NCBI GenBank assembly: GCA_963818095.1
Contig: CAWFRA010000001.1
Location: forward strand, 7,558-71,557
Direction: 5' to 3'
Source of the DNA: an uncultured delta proteobacterium
Lineage (GTDB): Bacteria > Desulfobacterota > Syntrophorhabdia > Syntrophorhabdales > WCHB1-27
DNA: 64,000 nt
Below the pieces are notes generated by a model. That model saw only the letters and a list, made by a program, of their open reading frames with translations. It ran no database searches and was not told the origin of the DNA. Below are positions 30,455 to 39,204 of the stretch, piece by piece; the first letter of the stretch is position 1; each line of letters opens with the position of its first letter. The translations under genes were made by a program, and so were the position numbers.

Positions 30455-30946
30455 ATGGACGCCGCCGATAAATGCAATGACCTGCTGAAAGATATCCGCC
30501 TCGACCCAAAAGCGCCGCAGGATTTGCGCGTGCGCCTGGAGAGCACCAACCGCGTACTTTCGGTGCTCAATAAGGCAGTCGCCTTCGAGCTGAAGCAGCG
30601 CGGCGAGGATAAGGCCCGTGACGTGGACGCCCTCTCTAAGGATTATGCGAAGCTGGCTACCGATATGCTGTCCACGTACTACCTGCCGGCCCTGCCCGCC
30701 TCCGTGGGGATGGACGTAGATGAATCGCTCAACAAGTACAGGGACGCGGCTGACATGGAGAGGCGTCTCAATCTCCTCAAAGCCGCGCAGTTCAACGCCA
30801 GGGAATATGTCGACGTCGAGATGCGCAATGTGCAGGCGCAGTTCGAAGCCGTGGAGCGGACGGTGGAGATCTGCCATTCGGACAAAAAAGCACCGGCCGT
30901 ATCCGGCCCTGCCCCTCTGGCGAAACCTGTGCCTCCCCTGAAGTAA
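30455..30946 (+). CDS. Hypothetical helical/coiled-coil protein
   Basis: 163-aa ORF in operon orientation with its neighbours. No motif recognised. Confidence 0.4.
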   Translation: MDAADKCNDLLKDIRLDPKAPQDLRVRLESTNRVLSVLNKAVAFELKQRGEDKARDVDALSKDYAKLATDMLSTYYLPALPASVGMDVDESLNKYRDAADMERRLNLLKAAQFNAREYVDVEMRNVQAQFEAVERTVEICHSDKKAPAVSGPAPLAKPVPPLK

Positions 30947-31030
30947 ACGGCCGCAATTAAGGAAACAACAGGTGCGTCCGCCGCCCCTTCATCGACGTCG
31001 CGCCCACGGACCTGTAACAGGAGGAACGTT

Positions 31031-32116
31031 ATGACGACTGCCCTTTGCCGGATGGCTCTCTTTGCATGTGCTTTCATTGTCCTGTCTGCCCCGGTATTTG
31101 CTCAAACGGACAATACCGACGCCCGGCGCCATCTGGTCCGCGGGCTGGCCGCTATCGAAATGGCCAAGAACAACGAGGAACTGGGAGAGGCGGCCGAGGA
31201 ATTCAGGAAAGCGACCGAGATTGCCCCGCAAATGGCCGCGGCCTGGTACAATCTGGGAGCGGTCCAGGCCAAAATGGGACAGGCAAAGGAAGGCATTGCC
31301 AGTTATCAGCATTATCTCGCCCTGGCGCCCGGCGCGGAAGACGCTCAGCGGGTGCGCGACGAGATCGTCAAGCTCGAATATCGGATGGAAAAAACGGAAC
31401 AATTCAAGGCCCTCGGCGGGCAGTGGATAGATGCCCAACGTAACGCATACGGTGTCTATGTTGAAGAAAACAAGCTGGTCGTGAAGGGGTCGCATCCCCG
31501 GTCCAGGGGCGATTTCGATTACAAGGATGTCATGCTCATCGACTGGGGAGGCATCGGCGGCCTGGGAACGGAGCAGCTCACCATCCGTGTCGAACGGCGA
31601 GGCAGCAAGCTCGTCGGCTCATGGGAGATGCCCTCGGGGAAGATTTATCCCTCCGACATATGTACTGTGCCTGCCGAAAGAGGCGACGTCGAAGGAGAAA
31701 TGAGCGCCGGCAACAACCGCATGGCATTGCGGCTCATGAGGGCCAGGTACAGGGTGGTGCAGGTGGACCCGCCCCTGTTCGGGAGCAAGACGTGCCAGGA
31801 GGTCACCATCATCGAGACCCGTCCGGTGGAAATGGTCTTTCTTGGTCCGCTGCCCCGTGGCGACATCCGTTTCACGAAGCTCAGCTCATCGGGCGCCTTC
31901 ACCATGCAAAATATTGAAAAAGGATCGCCCGAAGAGGCTGCGGGGCTGCTCAAGGGCGACGAGATAATTGCCATCGATGGGACAGAGGTCAGGCAAATGG
32001 GCACCGAGGGAGATAAGCTCATGAAGCGGCGTGGAGAGCCGGGCAGTACCGTGCAGCTCCTGATAAAGAGAGCCGATAAGACCCTCACAATCACGTTGCG
32101 CCGCAGCGAGCTATAG
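31031..32116 (+). CDS. Secreted TPR-(unknown central domain)-PDZ protein, paralog of 28121-29524
   Basis: Signal peptide MTTALCRMALFACAFIVLSAPVFAQ. HLVRGLAAIEMAKNNEELGEAAEEF..APQMAAAWYNLGAVQAKMGQ..VRDEIVKLEYRMEK parallels HIIRGAAAIEMARSEADL..APNMAAAWYNLGSVQAKIGQ..IKDEIVKLEYRLEQ. PDZ motif PEEAAGLLKGDEIIAIDG. Confidence 0.75.
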   Translation: MTTALCRMALFACAFIVLSAPVFAQTDNTDARRHLVRGLAAIEMAKNNEELGEAAEEFRKATEIAPQMAAAWYNLGAVQAKMGQAKEGIASYQHYLALAPGAEDAQRVRDEIVKLEYRMEKTEQFKALGGQWIDAQRNAYGVYVEENKLVVKGSHPRSRGDFDYKDVMLIDWGGIGGLGTEQLTIRVERRGSKLVGSWEMPSGKIYPSDICTVPAERGDVEGEMSAGNNRMALRLMRARYRVVQVDPPLFGSKTCQEVTIIETRPVEMVFLGPLPRGDIRFTKLSSSGAFTMQNIEKGSPEEAAGLLKGDEIIAIDGTEVRQMGTEGDKLMKRRGEPGSTVQLLIKRADKTLTITLRRSEL

Positions 32117-32153
32117 TGATTTCACGCGTATTGGACAACGGGAGGTAGCGTTA

Positions 32154-32885
32154 ATGACAACAAGATGCGCTTCGGTGATCGTCGCAATGATGTTTATCAT
32201 GATTTCAGGCTCTGTCTCGATGGCAGCCGAGGTATGCACAAAGGACCGGACAACGGGAAGTCAGCTCTGCGTATGGCTCTACAAGGACGCTTGCACCCTG
32301 GACAACGCAAGCTGGTCGGGGCCCGTGGTGGACGGTAAAGCGGAAGGCAGAGGCGTACTGGCGGCAGGTTATCATTGCGAGGGAGACCCTGTTTCAACCG
32401 CTCAATGCGACGGGACCATGAAGGAAGGGAGGCTTAACGGCAAAGGCGTTTGCCGGTCGGCCGACGGTGATGCTTTCGAGGGCGACTTTCTGAACGGCAA
32501 AATAGAGGGAAAAGGGGTTTACAAGTGGTCCGACGGTCGTATTTACACGGGCGACTTTAAGAATAACCAACCTAACGGCAAGGGGACATTCAAAAAGCCC
32601 GGCGACATAACGTATCAAGGCGATTTCAAAGACGGCAAGCCTAATGGCAAAGGCGTCGTGAAAAAAGCCGACGGGACCGTGTACGAAGGCGACTTCAAGA
32701 ACGGCGACCCCAACGGCAAAGGGATTGCCAAACTCCCCAACGGGACCGTGTACGAAGGTGATTTCAAAGACGGCAAGCCTCACGGCTACGGGATTGCACG
32801 GGTCCTTGGCGAGGTAAAGTATGCAGGGGAATGGAAAAACGGCCAGCCGGCGACAACCCCCGGCCGGCCGGCAAAAGTGGAGTAA
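32154..32885 (+). CDS. Secreted MORN-repeat protein
   Basis: Signal peptide, then seven or more MORN units (YTGDFKNNQPNGKGTF, YQGDFKDGKPNGKGVV, YEGDFKNGDPNGKGIA, YEGDFKDGKPHGYGIA). Confidence 0.8.
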   Translation: MTTRCASVIVAMMFIMISGSVSMAAEVCTKDRTTGSQLCVWLYKDACTLDNASWSGPVVDGKAEGRGVLAAGYHCEGDPVSTAQCDGTMKEGRLNGKGVCRSADGDAFEGDFLNGKIEGKGVYKWSDGRIYTGDFKNNQPNGKGTFKKPGDITYQGDFKDGKPNGKGVVKKADGTVYEGDFKNGDPNGKGIAKLPNGTVYEGDFKDGKPHGYGIARVLGEVKYAGEWKNGQPATTPGRPAKVE

Positions 32886-32994
32886 AGCGGACGGGAGAGG
32901 TCCGCGTTTAGCCGACACCGGTCAAGCCACCGCACCTTTAAGTGTTTTTGGGCCAACCTACACTGAGTGTTGCTTATCAATTGTTTGCCATACA

Positions 32995-33028
32995 TTGACA
33001 ACGCTACCTATGTAGTGTATTGTAGTGT
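32995..33028 (+). promoter_or_regulatory. Putative sigma70 promoter with tandem direct-repeat operator for the RHH-PIN operon
   Basis: TTGACA (32995-33000), 17 nt, TATTGT. The direct repeat tgtagtgta-t-tgtagtgta (33010-33028) overlaps the -10. Confidence 0.4.
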
Positions 33029-33041
33029 AAGAGGTGAGTTG

Positions 33042-33260
33042 ATGAGAAAGGTATTATCGCTCAGTCTATCTGATAAGATGGCGGCGGAGCTTGACGCCCT
33101 GGCGAAAACCACAGGCAGGAACAAGAGCGACATCGTGAAAGAGTCGCTAAGCATTTTTCTTTGGGAGACCAGGTTCAAGCAAGTGAAAAGCCGGCTGGTG
33201 AAAAAAGCAAAGGCCGCCGGGGTCGTCACAGAGGAAGATGTGTTCAAAGTGGTGTCGTGA
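33042..33260 (+). CDS. Ribbon-helix-helix (CopG-like) antitoxin
   Basis: MRKVLSLSLSDKMAAELDALAKTTGRNKSDIVKESL. The stop overlaps the GTG start of the PIN gene (GTGA). Confidence 0.75.
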   Translation: MRKVLSLSLSDKMAAELDALAKTTGRNKSDIVKESLSIFLWETRFKQVKSRLVKKAKAAGVVTEEDVFKVVS

Positions 33261-33661
33261 AGGTCGTTCTCGACACGAACGTCCTTGTCGCCGCGTTTCT
33301 TTCCGAGGGTGTCTGTTCCAAGCTCCTGCTGAGGGCCCGGAGGAAGGAATATGACCTCGTTCTCAGCCCGGACATTATCGCGGAATTTCGAGAGGTCCTT
33401 CTCCGTAAATTTTCGCTTTCGCAATCGGAACTAGCAGACGTCCGCAACCTCCTGGCTGAGGCAACAAGTGAAGTATGCAAGCAGGTTGACCCCATCGAGC
33501 CCGTGAGCAGGGACCCGGACGATGACAAGATTCTCGCCTGCGCGTTGGCGGTCAAGGCCGACTATCTAGTGACCGGCGACAGGGACCTTCTCGTGATTAC
33601 GCAATATGCGGGCACAAAAATACTTGCCCCGAGGGACTTCGAAAGCCTCTTTGCGGATTAA
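33257..33661 (+). CDS. PIN-domain toxin (TIGR00305-like)
   Basis: VKVVLDTNVLVAAFLSEG..., DPDDDKILACALAVKADYLVTGDRDLL. Confidence 0.8.
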   Translation: MKVVLDTNVLVAAFLSEGVCSKLLLRARRKEYDLVLSPDIIAEFREVLLRKFSLSQSELADVRNLLAEATSEVCKQVDPIEPVSRDPDDDKILACALAVKADYLVTGDRDLLVITQYAGTKILAPRDFESLFAD

Positions 33662-33846
33662 AGAGTATCTAAGAATATAAAACGGTATACAAATAGCGCA
33701 AGACACCCATCGCGCCTGCCTGAGGGCCCGGTTTTTCAATCGCGTTGTCGGAAGGCTTCCTTAACTTTGTTCCGGTCGTTGAATGGGCGTCCGGCCCCTT
33801 CGCGCGGGCGGGCGATCTTTCCGCTATGACTTTTTAAAGAAGCAGT

Positions 33847-35111
33847 TTAAGACGTAGGAGGTGAGGGCATAATCTGAGCCGGGTAAAGATCCGGAAAGAG
33901 GTAGCCCGCAACAAAGATGGGAAACGCCAATCTCACTGGCCCCTTGGGCGTATCGGAAACAAGCAATCCCTCACTCAACAACTGCCCGAGCAGTATCCGC
34001 CCGGTTCGTTCCGCCATGCCGGAGACCCGGATTATGTCTCCTCTTGCTACCTCGCCCCCAGCAAGGCTTCCTGTAGCATGTAAGCGGCCTCCGGCTTCAG
34101 CGTGGTTGGCCCTGTTTGGGCGGGGGCGCAACCTGGGCCGGGGGAGCTAAGTATCCGTTTATCCGGTCCAGCAACGCATTGAGTCCCAGCAAACCCCTCA
34201 TGTAATCAATCTGGGCAATACAGACGTCAAAGAAGAAGTTGCAAAACCTGAAAACCTTCATGCGAAAATTTCCCCGGCCATCGTAATCATTGCGGCGTGC
34301 TGCATCCGCCCACGTAAGAGCCGTCATGTAGTCTTCTCTCCGGCGGGCGAGGCCCCGGCTTACATTCCATAGACCGTATCCGGTAAGGGCAAACTTCAAA
34401 AACAGGCTCTTATCGAGACGCGCTACCCTGCCGTTTCCATCCAGGAATGGGTGAATCCACACGAGGCGGTGATGAGAGCTGCTGCGGCAATCAATGGTAT
34501 GATGCCGTGATGTCTATCGCTTCCGTAGAAGTCAGCGAACCGTTCTAAAAATGCCGGTACGGCATCAGCCTCCGGCCCTGCATGGCGCGCAACCCTAACC
34601 TCCCTTTCTCGTAGCTTGCCGCCAATTACTTCGAGCACTTCCCCTGTCGTACCATCCCTTACGAGTCGCAGCCTTTCGGGGAGTCGGTCATAGAAAATCT
34701 TATGCAGCCAGCAAAGAAAAGGTGTAGCCGCCACGTTCAAGTCCGGCTCTATCTTAAGCCGCTCCTCCATCTGACGCTGACACTCAATGTGGGCCAAGTT
34801 TTCCTGTTGTAAATCCCGCTTAACCGGGTCACGGTCATAGTCCTCCCGCATTGCCTCTTATATAGCTATAGAATGGGGACTGGCCCCTCGATGAGGTTCG
34901 AGTAATAACTATTTATAAGCCGAAAGACCTCAATACAGGCTGTAGGCTGATCGGAGGCAGAAACAGACAAGTAGCGCGGAACGGTCAACCATCTGCCGCG
35001 CTTTATCTTCCAAAGCCATACTTGGGCAGGAAGCAGCGGTTCCATCTGGTGTATTTTATCATACATCTGCCGATCTTGTTGCCGAAAGGCATGGTCACTA
35101 TTCTTTAACAT
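33847..35111 (-). pseudogene. Fic/DOC (Fido) family protein with a C-terminal winged-helix region, broken by about three frameshifts
   Basis: Collinear fragments are 34866-35111 (..SNLIEG), 34423-34851, 34097-34462 (Fic motif IHPFLDGNGRVARL) and 33847-34131 (wHTH-like GDIIRVSGMAERTGRILLGQLLSEGLL). Confidence 0.75.
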
Positions 35112-35203
35112 ATAAGCATAACTGAGTCAATAATCGAATTAATATTGAGAAGAATCTGCCGATGTTGTTGCCGATAAATTGAGTGGTAAGAGTTCGCTCG
35201 TAA

Positions 35204-35245
35204 AATGGGCGTCCGGCCCCTTAAAAATGGGGCCGGACGCCCATT
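35204..35245 (-). terminator. Perfect 17-bp hairpin downstream of the 93-aa gene; probably a terminator, with a weak U-tract
   Basis: aatgggcgtccggcccc-ttaaaaat-ggggccggacgcccatt. Confidence 0.45.
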
Positions 35246-35256
35246 CACGCGAGTCT

Positions 35257-35538
35257 CTACTTCTTTGGAGGCGGGGGAGGCGGTGCTGAGTTCCTCGGCT
35301 TTCCGCCGCTGCCGGGTATCGAGCCCGGAGGCGGTGTAGTCATGTGGACCGTGCTCGTCGAGCCCTGGACCGTGCCGGTCGAAGGCTGTACCGCCCCGGC
35401 GTTTACTACGTTGTTTGTCGTAGTTTTTGCCTGGCTTAAATCGATCGAGTGCTGGGGATTGCTGCTCTGGGCGCCGGCTGTGCCGATGCCTACAAAGAGC
35501 ACCAGTCCCAATACGAGAAAACCTGCCAGTACTTTCAT
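35257..35538 (-). CDS. Small secreted Pro-rich protein
   Basis: Signal peptide MKVLAGFLVLGLVLFVGIGTAGAQ. C-terminal PPPPPPKK. Confidence 0.5.
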   Translation of the reverse strand: MKVLAGFLVLGLVLFVGIGTAGAQSSNPQHSIDLSQAKTTTNNVVNAGAVQPSTGTVQGSTSTVHMTTPPPGSIPGSGGKPRNSAPPPPPPKK

Positions 35539-35656
35539 GCTGCTCCTCCTGTATGTGTAACTTCCCGCCGCATAGACTGCAACGGTCTTTCAGCGCAGTA
35601 TCGACAATATATTTCTCTCACGCCTCGTGACGTCCTGTCTACAAAAATCTTTTTTC

Positions 35657-35701
35657 TTGACATCGGGCATCCGCTCTGGTTTAATGTGAATAGTCATTCA
35701 C
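35657..35701 (+). promoter_or_regulatory. Sigma70-like promoter plus palindromic operator upstream of the TetR gene
   Basis: TTGACA (35657-35662), 17 nt, TTTAAT (35680-35685), then GTGAAT-agtc-ATTCAC (35686-35701). Confidence 0.5.
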
Positions 35702-35710
35702 ACATGGGAT

Positions 35711-36301
35711 ATGAAAGAGAAGAAGAGCACCAGCATAAGGAAGGGAGAGATCGTGCAGGCCGCCTTCGAGGTATTGGGCAAGGGCGGCGTTAAGTCGGTT
35801 ACTATCGCGGAGATCGCGAAGGCCGCCGGGATGAGCCAGGCAAACATTTACAGGCATTTCAAAGGCAAGGAGGCCATCTATTCATCCCTCGCGGACTTTA
35901 TCGGCGCCGAGGTAATGGGCAAGGCGTCAACCATCGCGGCAGGCAGCAAGAGGCCCGCTGAAAAGCTGGAGACGATCTTTTTCTCACATATGACGCTGAT
36001 TAAGGACCATCCGGGCATGCCCCGCCTGATCTTTTCCGAGGACGTGCGCCTGGGCAGCAAGAGGGTGGGAGAGAAGATCTCAGCGCGCTTGCGGGGCTAC
36101 GTGGAGACGCTTGCGGGCATAATCGCAGCAGGCGTCGAAGAGGGCGATTTCCGCAAAGGACTGTCGCCGAGGGAGACGGCGCTCACCCTTCTCGGCCTGA
36201 TACAATCGACGGCATTGCGCTGGACCATCGGCAGCGAGACTTTCGACATCAGGGATGAAGGGCAGAAACTGTGGAGCAATTTCATGCGCCTCGTCTCCTG
36301 A
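35711..36301 (+). CDS. TetR/AcrR-family transcriptional regulator
   Basis: N-terminal HTH IVQAAFEVLGKGGVKSVTIAEIAKAAGMSQANIYRHFKGKEAI. Confidence 0.85.
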   Translation: MKEKKSTSIRKGEIVQAAFEVLGKGGVKSVTIAEIAKAAGMSQANIYRHFKGKEAIYSSLADFIGAEVMGKASTIAAGSKRPAEKLETIFFSHMTLIKDHPGMPRLIFSEDVRLGSKRVGEKISARLRGYVETLAGIIAAGVEEGDFRKGLSPRETALTLLGLIQSTALRWTIGSETFDIRDEGQKLWSNFMRLVS

Positions 36302-36319
36302 TAATTTTTTTGCGCATGA

Positions 36320-36337
36320 TGTGAATGTATATTCACA
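36320..36337 (+). promoter_or_regulatory. Second copy of the GTGAAT-N4-ATTCAC palindrome, upstream of the VKOR-like gene
   Basis: tGTGAAT-gtat-ATTCACa, 25 nt before the 36362 start. Confidence 0.45.
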
Positions 36338-36361
36338 TCAATCCACTTCTGGAGGTGTTCG

Positions 36362-36808
36362 ATGAAAAAGTCAGCGACGTACGTGATGCTCGTGTGCGCG
36401 TTAATCGGAATGGCCATCGCCTCTTACGACTGCTATATGATCTACGCCGGCCAATTGCTCTGGTGCCCGCCCCCCATAGACGGGTGCAATACCGTTGCCT
36501 ACAGCCCCGACGGCCGCATATGGGGCGTGCCCATAGGCTGCTTCGGCCTCTGCTTCTACGCAGTCATGTTCGTTCTCGCGGCGCTGCTTGCGTTCGGCCC
36601 GTCCCCGCAAAGCTTACGCCTGGCCGTGCTTGTCTACACGGTGCTCGGCGTCTGCGGCTCGATAGGCTTCATGTACCTGGACCTCGTGTTCATCCGCGCC
36701 TTCTGCATCTATTGCCTCATATCCGCAATCAATACCGTAGTGCTGCTGGTATCGGCAATCGTGTACTACAGGGCGGGGGCAAAAGCCGGCGAGCCGGTCG
36801 CCGGTTAA
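36362..36808 (+). CDS. VKOR-family (vitamin K epoxide reductase-like) membrane thiol oxidoreductase
   Basis: Four predicted TM segments, loop cysteines (WCPPPIDGCN) and a CxxC in a TM helix (FCIYCLISA). Confidence 0.65.
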   Translation: MKKSATYVMLVCALIGMAIASYDCYMIYAGQLLWCPPPIDGCNTVAYSPDGRIWGVPIGCFGLCFYAVMFVLAALLAFGPSPQSLRLAVLVYTVLGVCGSIGFMYLDLVFIRAFCIYCLISAINTVVLLVSAIVYYRAGAKAGEPVAG

Positions 36809-36847
36809 AGGAGAGCTGCAATGAATGTGCGTTGAAAACGGGTGCGC

Positions 36848-37288
36848 CTATGCGGTCGGTCCGTAAAGCGATTCGGGCAGCGATTCTATGTAAGCCCTGA
36901 TCTCGTCGCGCACGCGCCGGTAGTGGCCCATCGCCTGCTCTTCGTCAGGGGCGCCGGCCGCGAGGCGCGGCGGGTCGTCGAAGGCGTGATGGATCAGGGC
37001 GGTTTTGGCGGGGAAGAAGGGACACGATTTCTGCGCGTCGTCGCACAGGGTGATGACGTAATCAAACTCCGTGTCCAAAAAGTCCATAGCCGATTTGGAC
37101 CGCCGGCCGGAGATATCGACTCCTGCCTCGGCCATGGCCCGCACGGCCCGCGGATCGACCGCCTTAGGCTCCGTACCCGCCGAGTGTGCGTCTATGACAT
37201 CGGCCTTTAAGTATTTAGCCCATCCTTCGGCCATCTGGCTCCGGCAGGAGTTACCCGTGCAAAGGAACAATATTTTCAGCTTTGGCAT
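36848..37288 (-). CDS. arsC: Arsenate reductase, LMW-PTP/thioredoxin-coupled type
   Basis: P-loop LCTGNSCRSQMAEG plus the downstream Cys pair ITLCDDAQKSCP. The start overlaps the hgcB 3' end by 13 nt. Confidence 0.85.
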   Translation of the reverse strand: MPKLKILFLCTGNSCRSQMAEGWAKYLKADVIDAHSAGTEPKAVDPRAVRAMAEAGVDISGRRSKSAMDFLDTEFDYVITLCDDAQKSCPFFPAKTALIHHAFDDPPRLAAGAPDEEQAMGHYRRVRDEIRAYIESLPESLYGPTA

Positions 37289-37581
37289 GGACTATCGTCC
37301 TCGACGACGCAGCAGGCCGTCTTTCTGCCGAGCATCTGGTTGATCATGCCGGCCGCGCAGCCGACGCCCGCCCTTACATCGAGGGCGCCGCTCGGGCAGT
37401 TGCGCCTGCACGCGCCGCACTCCATGCATGCGTCGCGCGAGGCGACCTCCACCTTGCCGTCCGAGGCCCGGAACACCTCGCGCGGGCAGACGGCGAGGCA
37501 CATACCGCAGCCGGTGCACTTCGCTGCATCGAACGCGAGGGTGGTTACATCGTCGAGGTAAAGCAAAGGGCGCACAGGCAT
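37276..37581 (-). CDS. hgcB: HgcB, the 2x[4Fe-4S] ferredoxin of the mercury-methylation pair
   Basis: CTGCGMCLAVCP and the diagnostic CMECGACRRNCP, GVGCAAGMI, and vicinal C-terminal cysteines (TACCV). It starts immediately downstream of the hgcA stop. Confidence 0.8.
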   Translation of the reverse strand: MPVRPLLYLDDVTTLAFDAAKCTGCGMCLAVCPREVFRASDGKVEVASRDACMECGACRRNCPSGALDVRAGVGCAAGMINQMLGRKTACCVVEDDSPCQS

Positions 37582-38647
37582 CTATCCTCCCGTTACAACG
37601 GCGGCAATCCACAGAATGAGGCCGCACGCCATCCCCGCGATCTCGAGCGGCAGGGCGACGCGCATCTCCTTTCGGACGCCGGAAAGCGACGTAAACGTGG
37701 ACGCGCCGGTGAAGTTCATCGCCAGAAATGCGGCCATTGCCGGAATGAAGACGAGCGCCGCGAGGACCGCAGCCGCGCTGTTATGGAGCGCGCCGCCGAC
37801 CAGCGCAACGCAAAGGCCGAAAAGAATACCCAGGCCGAGCCCCTTTGTTGAAAAGGCCCTGCCTGGGAGCCACGGCAGCAACACAGGCGTGAGTACGGCG
37901 CCCGCGAGGACCGCTGCGCCGAGCCAAACGCCGGCGAGCAAGGTCCAGCCTGCCGCCTTCGACGGCGAGAAGCCGGAAATGAAATAAGAGAGGACACACA
38001 GCGCCGCAGCCGCGACGATGCCCCACTTTACGGCAGGCACGACTTCTATTGGGACCAGGGCGAGCCTTTCGGCGAGCGGGAAATCTTTTGTCCGCATCCG
38101 GCCCGTCGCTTTGAGGCCGCCATCCAGAAAGGCGGGCAGGTCGTCTGCACGGACAGGTCCGTAGACCACTTTGAACCCGGAGCGCCGCCTCACCTCGTGG
38201 GCCGATACGCCCGGCGCGCCCAACTGGGGCACGATCAACCGCCTGTGGGACACGACCTCGGCAAGGCCGCTCGCCGCAATGCGCTCCACAAGCTCGTCCG
38301 TGCCGAATGTGCCCTTCCCCGCCGCGCACCACACATTGATGCCCTTCGTATCGAGCACGAGTATCCAGCCGTCTATGCCTGCGAGGGCCCGCCGCAGCAG
38401 GTCGAACGTCATCTTGTAGTTGGCCGTGACGAAAACGGGCGATTCCGGACGGGCGTTGCCTATGGCATACAGGCCGGGGTCAACGGTATAGTGCCATGCG
38501 GCCGATACCCCACCGGGACTTCCACGCCCCGAGGCGGTCCGACCGGGAGAACACGTGCGAAACCAGCGCCACCGGGCCGGCAGCGGTATCTATGGAGCCG
38601 GTCACGAAAACCTGCTCCATTCGCGGCGGACCCGCCTGGGTCCGCAT
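37582..38647 (-). CDS. hgcA: HgcA, the corrinoid mercury-methylation protein, with one apparent 1-nt insertion near 38494
   Basis: Cap-helix signature GINVWCAAGKGTFGT, upstream VDPGLYAIGNARPESPVFVTANYKMTFD, and a C-terminal multi-TM domain. Removing one base from atgGcac restores ..FVTGSIDTAAGPVALVSHVFSRSDRLGAWKSRWGIGRMHYTVDPGLY from the ATG at 38647. Confidence 0.8.
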
Positions 38648-38784
38648 CTTCGGCCCTCAACAGGATTGCAGCGGCAGGCGTTTCTATCTCACAATGGGTT
38701 TCCATATTTTCATAATATGCCTTTTCGATGTCCATGTCAAGACTACATATCAATCAGTTTCAATGTAGCATCAAAATTATTTGG

Positions 38785-38813
38785 TTGACACCATGCATAG
38801 TATGCGTTATTTA
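38785..38813 (+). promoter_or_regulatory. Putative arsR promoter with a palindrome in the spacer (divergent hgcA/arsR control region)
   Basis: TTGACA (38785-38790), 17 nt, TATTTA (38808-38813). The palindrome GCATA-g-TATGC (38795-38805) lies in the spacer. Confidence 0.35.
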
Positions 38814-38843
38814 TATTCATTATACTTGATGTAACCGGAGGAT

Positions 38844-39204
38844 ATGATGGACGAGCTTCTGTCCTTATTCAAGGCGTTGTCGGACGAAACGAGGCTCAGG
38901 ATAGTAAAGCTCCTGGAAGAACGGCGAGCTGTGCGTCTGCCACCTCGTGGCCGCCGTCGATATGCCCCAGCCGAAGGTCTCCTTCCACCTCAAGGCGCTC
39001 AAAGAGGCGGGGTTGGTGAAGGACAGGCGCGAAGGCAAATGGATGCACTACCGCCTCAATGAATCGGACCTCTTCAAGCGGCTCCTTTTTCTGTCGGTTG
39101 CGGAAAGGGTCCGTGACGAAGAGATCGCGTCCGACCGCGAAAGGCTGGATGCGTTCATGGCGTCGAAGGCGGATGCGGACGCAGCTTGCTGCGCAGGGGC
39201 ATGA
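38844..39204 (+). CDS. arsR: ArsR/SmtB-family repressor with one apparent 1-nt insertion near 38922
   Basis: [19 protein letters not shown], then in the next frame [32 protein letters not shown] (the canonical ELCVC As(III) site). The C-terminal tail ends ..DAACCAGA. Confidence 0.8.

Noticed and set aside
29709-30946. Whether 29709-30428 and 30455-30946 are one frameshifted gene.
   Set aside because: The first ends at a clean TAA with no collinear continuation in another frame, and the second has its own ATG 27 nt later. I treat them as two genes.
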